DNA from: the human T2T-CHM13v2.0 reference genome, Homo sapiens
DNA: 64,000 nucleotides
Strand: one strand, 5' to 3'
NCBI RefSeq assembly: GCF_009914755.1
Contig: NC_060947.1
Shown: positions 57,301-64,000 of the stretch, piece by piece
How positions within the stretch are numbered: position 1 is the first letter of the stretch
Layout: every line of letters starts with the position of its first letter
The notes under the pieces: model-generated
The model's input: the letters and a program-made list of their open reading frames with translations, nothing else
Told to the model about the DNA's origin: nothing
Database searches by the model: none
Position numbers and translations under genes: made by a program

Positions 57301-60300
57301 TTTGCAGAGACTACAAAAACAGTGTTTTCACACTGTTGAATGAAAAGTAACTTTTAACTCTGCCAGATGAATACACACATCACAACCTGTTTCTCAGATA
57401 TCTTCCTTCTAGTTTTTATCCCGTGATAATCACTTTTTCACCTTTGACCTCAATGAGCCCCCAAATGTCCTTTCGCCAAATGGACAAAAATATTGTTTCC
57501 AAACCGCTGAATCCAAAGAAAACCTTAACTCTGTGAAATGAATGCACACCTCACAAATCAGTTTTTCAGAAAGCTTCTTTCTAATATTTTTCTGAAAATA
57601 TTTATTTTCCCCCATAGGCCTGAATGCACTACCAATTATCCCTTTGCCAATTCTGCAAAAAACAGTTTTTCCATATTGCCTAAAGAAAACATAGTTTTAA
57701 ATCTGTGTGATGAATGCATACATCACAAAACGGTTTCTCAGAAAGCCCCCTTCCAGTTTTCATCATGGGATATTCACTTTTTCAGAATTGGCCTTAGTGA
57801 GCTCCCAAATGTCCATTCTCACATTCTACAAAAACTGTGTTTCCTAACTGCAGAACAAACAGAAATATTTACTTCTGTGAAATGATTGTACTAATCACAA
57901 AGCAGTTTCTCCAAAAGCTTCTTTCTTGTTTTTATCTGAATATATTTCCTTGTTCACCATAGGCCTCAATTCGCTCTCAAATATCCCTTCACAGATTCTA
58001 CAAAAACAGTGTTTCCTAACTGCTGAATGAAAACAAAGATTTAACTCTGTGACATGAATGCACACATCACAAAGACGTTTCAGAGAACTTCTTTCAAATT
58101 TTTACATGAATATATTTCCTTTTTCCACATAGGACTCAATGTGCTCCAAAATATCCCTTCACAGATTCTATAAAAGCAGTGATTCCAAACTGTTGAATGA
58201 AAAGAAAATTTTCACTGTGAGATGAATGCACACATCACAAAGTGGTTCCTCATATAGCTTCCTTCTAATTTTATCCTGGGATATTTTCTTTTTCACCACT
58301 GACCTCAATGAGCTCCCAAATGCCCATTTGCAGAATGGACAAAACAGTGTTTCCAAACTGCTGAATCCAAGAAAGTTTTAACTATGTGAGATGAATGCAC
58401 ATCTCACAAAGCAGTTTTTCAGAAGGCTTCTTTCTCATTTTTATCTGAAAAAATGTATTTTTCCACTTAGGCCTCAATGCACTACCAATTATACCTTTGC
58501 TGATTCTATGAAAACAGTGTTTACATATTGCTGAATGAAGAGAAAATTTTAACTCTGTGTGATGAATGCTCACATCACAAAGCGGTTTCTCAAAGAGCCT
58601 CCTTCTATTTTTTATTCTGGGATATTCACTTTTTTGGAAATGGCATCAATGAGCTCTGAAATGTCCATTCTCAGATTCTACAGAAACTGTGTTTCCTATC
58701 TACTGAATAAAAAGAAATGTTTACTTCTGTTAGATGAATGTATACATCAGAAAGCAGTTTCTCAGAAAGCTTCTTTCTAGTTTTAATCTGAATATATTTC
58801 CTTTTTCACCATAGGCCTCATTTCAGTCTCAAATATCCCTTCACAGATTCTACAAAAACAGTGTTGCCAAACTGCTGAATGTAAAGAAAGATTTAACTCT
58901 GTGACATGAATGCACATATCACAAAACGGTTTCTCAGATAGCTTCCTACTATTTTTTACCCCGGGATATTATCTTTTTCAACTTTGGCCTCAATGAGCTC
59001 CCAAATGTCCATTCACAGAATGGACAAAAACAGTCTTTCCAAATTGCTGAAACCAAAGAAAAGTTTAACTCTATGAGATTAAGGCACACATCACAAAGCA
59101 GTTTCTCAGAAAGCTTCTTCCAAATTTTTACATGAATATATTGCCTTTTTTACTGAAGGCCTCAATATGCTCAAAAATATCCCTTGACAGATTCTACAAA
59201 AACAGTGTTTCCAAACTGTTGAATAAAAAGAAAGTTTTAACTGTGTGAGATGAATGCACACATCACAAACCGGTTTCTCAGATAGCTACCTTCTAATTTT
59301 GACCTGGGATAATCCTTTTCTCACCATTTGCCTCAATGAGCTCCCAAATGTCCATTTCCAGAATGGGAAAAGCAGTGTTTCCAAACTGCTGAATCCAAAG
59401 ATAGCTTTAACTCTGTGAGATGAATGCAAGCATAACACAGCAGTTTCTCAGAAATTGTCTTTCTAGTTTTTATCCAAAGATATTTCCTTTTTCACTCTAG
59501 GCATTTTGCGCTACCAATTATCCCTTCACAGATTCTACAAAAACAGTATTACCAAACGGCTGAATAAAAAGAAAGTTTTTATTCTGTGAGATGAGTGCAC
59601 ATATCACAAAGTGGTTTATCAAACAACTTCCTTCTATTTTTTATTCTGGTATGTTCACTTTTTTGTCGTGGGCCTCAATGAGCACCCAAAGGTCCATTCT
59701 TAGATTCTACCAAAACAGTATTTCCAAACTGCTGAATCCAAAGAAAGGATTATCTTTGAGATAAATGGACACATTACAAAGCAGTTTCTCATAAAGCTTC
59801 TTTCTAGTTTTTATCTGAAGATATTTCCTTTTTCACCATAGGCCTCCATGTGCTACCAAATATCCCTTCACAGATTCTAGGAAAACAGTGTTTCCAAACC
59901 ACTGAACCAAAAGAAAGGTTTAAATCTGTAATATGAAAGCACACATCAGAAAGCAGTTTCTCAGATAGCCTCCTTCTAGTTTTTACCCTGAGATACCAAC
60001 TTTTTTGCCTTTGGCCTCCATGAACTCCCAAATGTCCTTTCACAGAATGAACAAAAACAGTGTTTCCAAACTGCTGAATCCAAAGAAAGCTTTAAGTCTG
60101 TGAGATGAATGTACACATCACAAAGCTATTTCTCTGAAAGCTTCTTTCTGGTTTTTATCTGAAGATATTTCCTTTTTCACCACTGACCTCATTGAACTCC
60201 CAAATATCCCTTTGCAGATTCTTCAAAAAGTGTTTCCAAATGGCTGAATGAAAAGAAGGGTTTAAGTTTGTGAGATGAATGCACACATCACAAAGCAGTT

Positions 60301-63300
60301 TCTCAGAAATCTTCTTTTTAGTTTGTATCTGAAGGTATTTCCTTTTTCACCATAGGCCTCAATGAGCTACCAAGTATCTCTTTGCAGATTCTAAGAAAAC
60401 AGTGTTTCCAAACAGCTCAATGAAAAGAAAGGTTTAACTCTGTACGATGAATGCACACATCACAAATCAGTTTCTCAGTTCACTTCCTTCAAATTTTTAT
60501 CCTGGGATATTCGCTTTTTCGCCAGTGGCCTCAATGATCTCTCAAATGTCCATTTACAGCATACACAAAAACAGTGTTTCCATACTGCTGAATCCAAAGA
60601 AAGGTTGAATTTGTGAGATGAATGCAAAAATCACAAAACAATTTCTCAGAAGGCTTCTTTCTGGTTTTCATCTGAAGATAATTCCTTTTTCACCATAGGC
60701 CTCAATGTGCTCCCAAATATTCCTTCGCAGATTGTACAAACACTGTGTTTCCAAACAGATGAATGTAAAGGTTTAACTCTGTGAGATGAATGCACACATC
60801 ATAAAGTGGTTTCTCAGATAGCTTCCTTGAAGTTTTTATCCTGGGATATTGACTTTTTCACCATTGGCTTCAATGAGCTCCCAAATGTCCATTTGCAGAA
60901 TGTACAAAAACAGTGTTTCCAAACTGCTGCATGCCAAGAATGTTTAACTCTGTGAAATGAATGCACACATCACAAAGCAGTTTCACAGAGAGATTCCTTC
61001 TAATTTTTATCTTAAGATATTTCTTTTCTCACCATAAGAATCAATGTGCTCCCAAATATTCCCTCACAGATTCTAAAATAACAGTGTTTTCAAACTGCTG
61101 AATGAATAGAAATATTTAATTCTGTAAGATGAATGCACACAATACATACATAGCGGTTTATCTGATATCTTCTTTCTAGATTTTATCCTGCGATATTCAC
61201 TTTTTCATCATTGGCCTCAATGAGTTCCCAAATGTCCATTCACAGAATGAAGAAAAACAGTGTTTCCTAACTGCTAATGCAAAGAAAGGTTTAACTCTGT
61301 GAGGTGAATACACACATCACAAAGCAGTTTCTCAGAAATGTTCTTTCTAGTTTTTATCTGAATATATTTCCTTTTTCACCATAGGACTCAATGCACCACA
61401 AAATATCTCTTCACATAGTCTAACAAAACAGTGCTTCAAAACTGCTTAACAAAAAGAAAGGTTTAACTCTGTGAGGTAAATTCACATATCACAAATCGGT
61501 TTCTCAGATAACGTGCTTCTAGTTTTTATCCTGAGATATTCGCTTTTTCGCCGTTGGCCACAATGAGCTCCAAAGTGTCCGTTTGCAGAATGGACAAAAA
61601 CAGTGTTTCCAAACTGCTGAATCCAGAGAGATGTTTAACTCTGTGTGCTGGATGCACACATCACAAAGCAGTTTTTCTTAGAAAGCTTCTTTCTAATTTT
61701 TATATGAATATATTTATGACCATAGACCTCACTGTACTTCAAAATATCTCTTCTAAGAAAACAGTGTTTTCGAAACTGCTGATTTGAAAGAAATGTTAAA
61801 TTCTGTGAAATGAAGGCACACATCACAAAGCAGTTTCTTAGATATCTTCCTTCTAGTTTTTATACTGGGATATTCACTTTTTTGCAATTGGCCTCAATGA
61901 GCTCCCAAATGTCCATTTGCATTATAGACAAAAAGAGTGTTACAAAACTGCTGAATCCAGTGAAAGGTTTAACTCTGTGAGATGAATGCACATATCACAA
62001 AGCAGTTTCTCAAAAAGCTTCTTTCTAGTTTTTAATTGAAGATATTTCCTTTTTCACCATAGGCCTCAATGTGCTACAAAATATCTCTTTGAAGATTCTA
62101 AGAGAACAGTGTTTCCAAACTGCTTAATTAAAAGTAAGCTTTAACTCTGTGTGTTGAATGCACACATCACAAATCGGTTTGTCATATAACTTCCTTCTAG
62201 TTTTTGTCTTGTGATATTCGCTTTTTTGCCATTGGCCTCAATGAGTTCCCAAATGTCCATTCACAGAATGGACAAAAACAGTGTTTCCAAACTGCTGAAT
62301 CCAAAGAAAGGTTAAATTCTGTGAGTCAAATCCACACAAAACAAATGAGTTTCTCAGAAAACTTCTTTCTAGTTGTCATCTGAACATATATTCTTTTTCA
62401 CCTTAGGCCTCAATGCGCTCCCAAATACCCCTTCGCAGTTTCTACAAAAACACTGTTTCCAAACTGCAGAATGAAAAGAAAGATTTAATTCTGTGAGATG
62501 AATACCCACATCCCAAAGTGGTTTCTCAGATAGCTTCCTTGTAGTTTTTATCATGAGATACTTTCTTTTTTGCCATTGGCCTCAATGAGCTCCCGAATGT
62601 CCATTTGCAGCATGAACAAAAACAGTGTTTCCAAACTGCTGAATCCAGAGAAATTTTTAACTCTGTGATGAATGAACACATCACAAAGCATTTTCACAGA
62701 AAGGTTCTTTTTAGTTCTTATCTGAAGATATTTCCTTTTTCACAGTTGGCCTCAATGAACTACTAAATATCTTTTTGCAGATTCTAAGAAAATAGTGTTT
62801 CCAAACTGCTGAATGAAAAGAAAGGTTTAACTCTGTGAAATGAATGCACACATCACAAATAGGTTTCTCAGGTAAACTCCTTGTAGTTTTTATCTTGGGA
62901 TATTCCCTTTTTTGCCATTGGCCTCAATGAGTCCCCAAATGTCCGTTTGCAGAATAGACAAAAACAGTGTTTCCAAACTTCCAAAACCAGAGAAAAGTTT
63001 AACTCTGTTAGGTGAATGCATATATCACAAAGCAGTTTCTCAAAAAGCTTCTTTTTAATTTTTATATGAATATATTTCCTTTTTCCCCATAGGCCTCAAG
63101 GCAATGCAAAATAACTCTTCAGATATTCTAAGAAATCAGTGTTTTGAAACTGCTGAATTGAAAGAAAAGTTTAACTCTGTGAGATGAATGCACAATCACA
63201 AAACAGTTTTGCAGATATCTTCCTTCTAGTTTTTACCCTGGGATATTCACTTTTTCACCATTGGCCTCAAAGAGATCCCAAGTGTCCATTTGCACTATAG

Positions 63301-64000
63301 ACAAAAACAGTGTTTCCAAACTGCTGAATCCAGAGAAAGGTTTAACTATGTGAGGTGAATGCACACATCACAAAGCAGTTTCTCAGAAAGGTTCTTTACA
63401 GTTTTTATTTGAAGATATTTCTTTTTTCACCATAGGCCTTCATGTGCTACAAAATATCTCTTTGTAGATTCTAAGAAAACAGTGTTTCCAAATTGCTGCA
63501 TTAAAAGAAAGCTTCAAATCTTTGGGGTGAATGCACATATCTCAAAGCAGTTTCTCAGAAAGCTTCTTTCTAAGTTTTATATGAATATATTTCCTTTTTC
63601 ACCTTAGGCCTCAATGTGCTAAAAATATCTCTTTGCAGATTCTAAGAAAACGGTGTTTCCAAACTGATGAATTGAAAGAAGTGTTTGACTCTGTGAGGTG
63701 AATGCACACATCACAAAGTGGTTTCTCTGATAACTTCCTTCTAGTTTTTATCCTGGGATAGTCTCTTTTTCGCCATTGGCTTCAATAAGGTCCTAAATGT
63801 CCATTCTGCGAATGGACAAAAACAGGATTTCCAATCTGCTGAATACACAGAAAGGTTTAACTCTGTGAGATGTGTGCAAAAGTCATAAAGCAGTTTCTCA
63901 GAAAGCTTCTTTCCAGTTTTTATCTGAAGATACTTCCTTTCCCACTGTAGGCCTCAATTCACTCGCAAATATCCCATTACCGATTCTACAACAACAGTGT
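48327..64000 (-). repeat. Diverged dimeric alpha satellite, block 4 (reverse orientation)
   Basis: Reverse-complement monomers from ttcatgctgggatattcac to the window end. Confidence 0.97.

Overview
Human pericentromeric DNA (a human-specific AluYa5 is present), not a microbial locus. About 58 kb is ancient, diverged alpha satellite of ~171-bp monomers with no CENP-B box seen. It is mostly an A/B dimer of ~342 bp, resembling the old H1H2 (Oa/Na, SF8) dimeric layer. The array is split into four blocks by three orientation switches, at ~7065, ~30200 and ~48330. Two retroelements interrupt it. One is an almost pristine AluYa5 (35499-35832) with a target-site duplication (TSD). The other is a decayed L1PA3/PA4-type LINE-1 (37583-42701) with an inverted 5'UTR, ~1 kb missing internally and a short 3' transduction. 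There are no intact protein-coding genes: the ORF-track hits are satellite read-through or L1/Alu remnants. I found no novel gene system. The most notable points are structural: an inverted, L1-free paralog of the L1 insertion site starting exactly at the 48.3-kb switch; an L1 promoter turned to face the satellite; a 9-bp hairpin that defines the B monomer; several relic higher-order repeats (HORs); and template-switch scars. All comparisons were made by eye.
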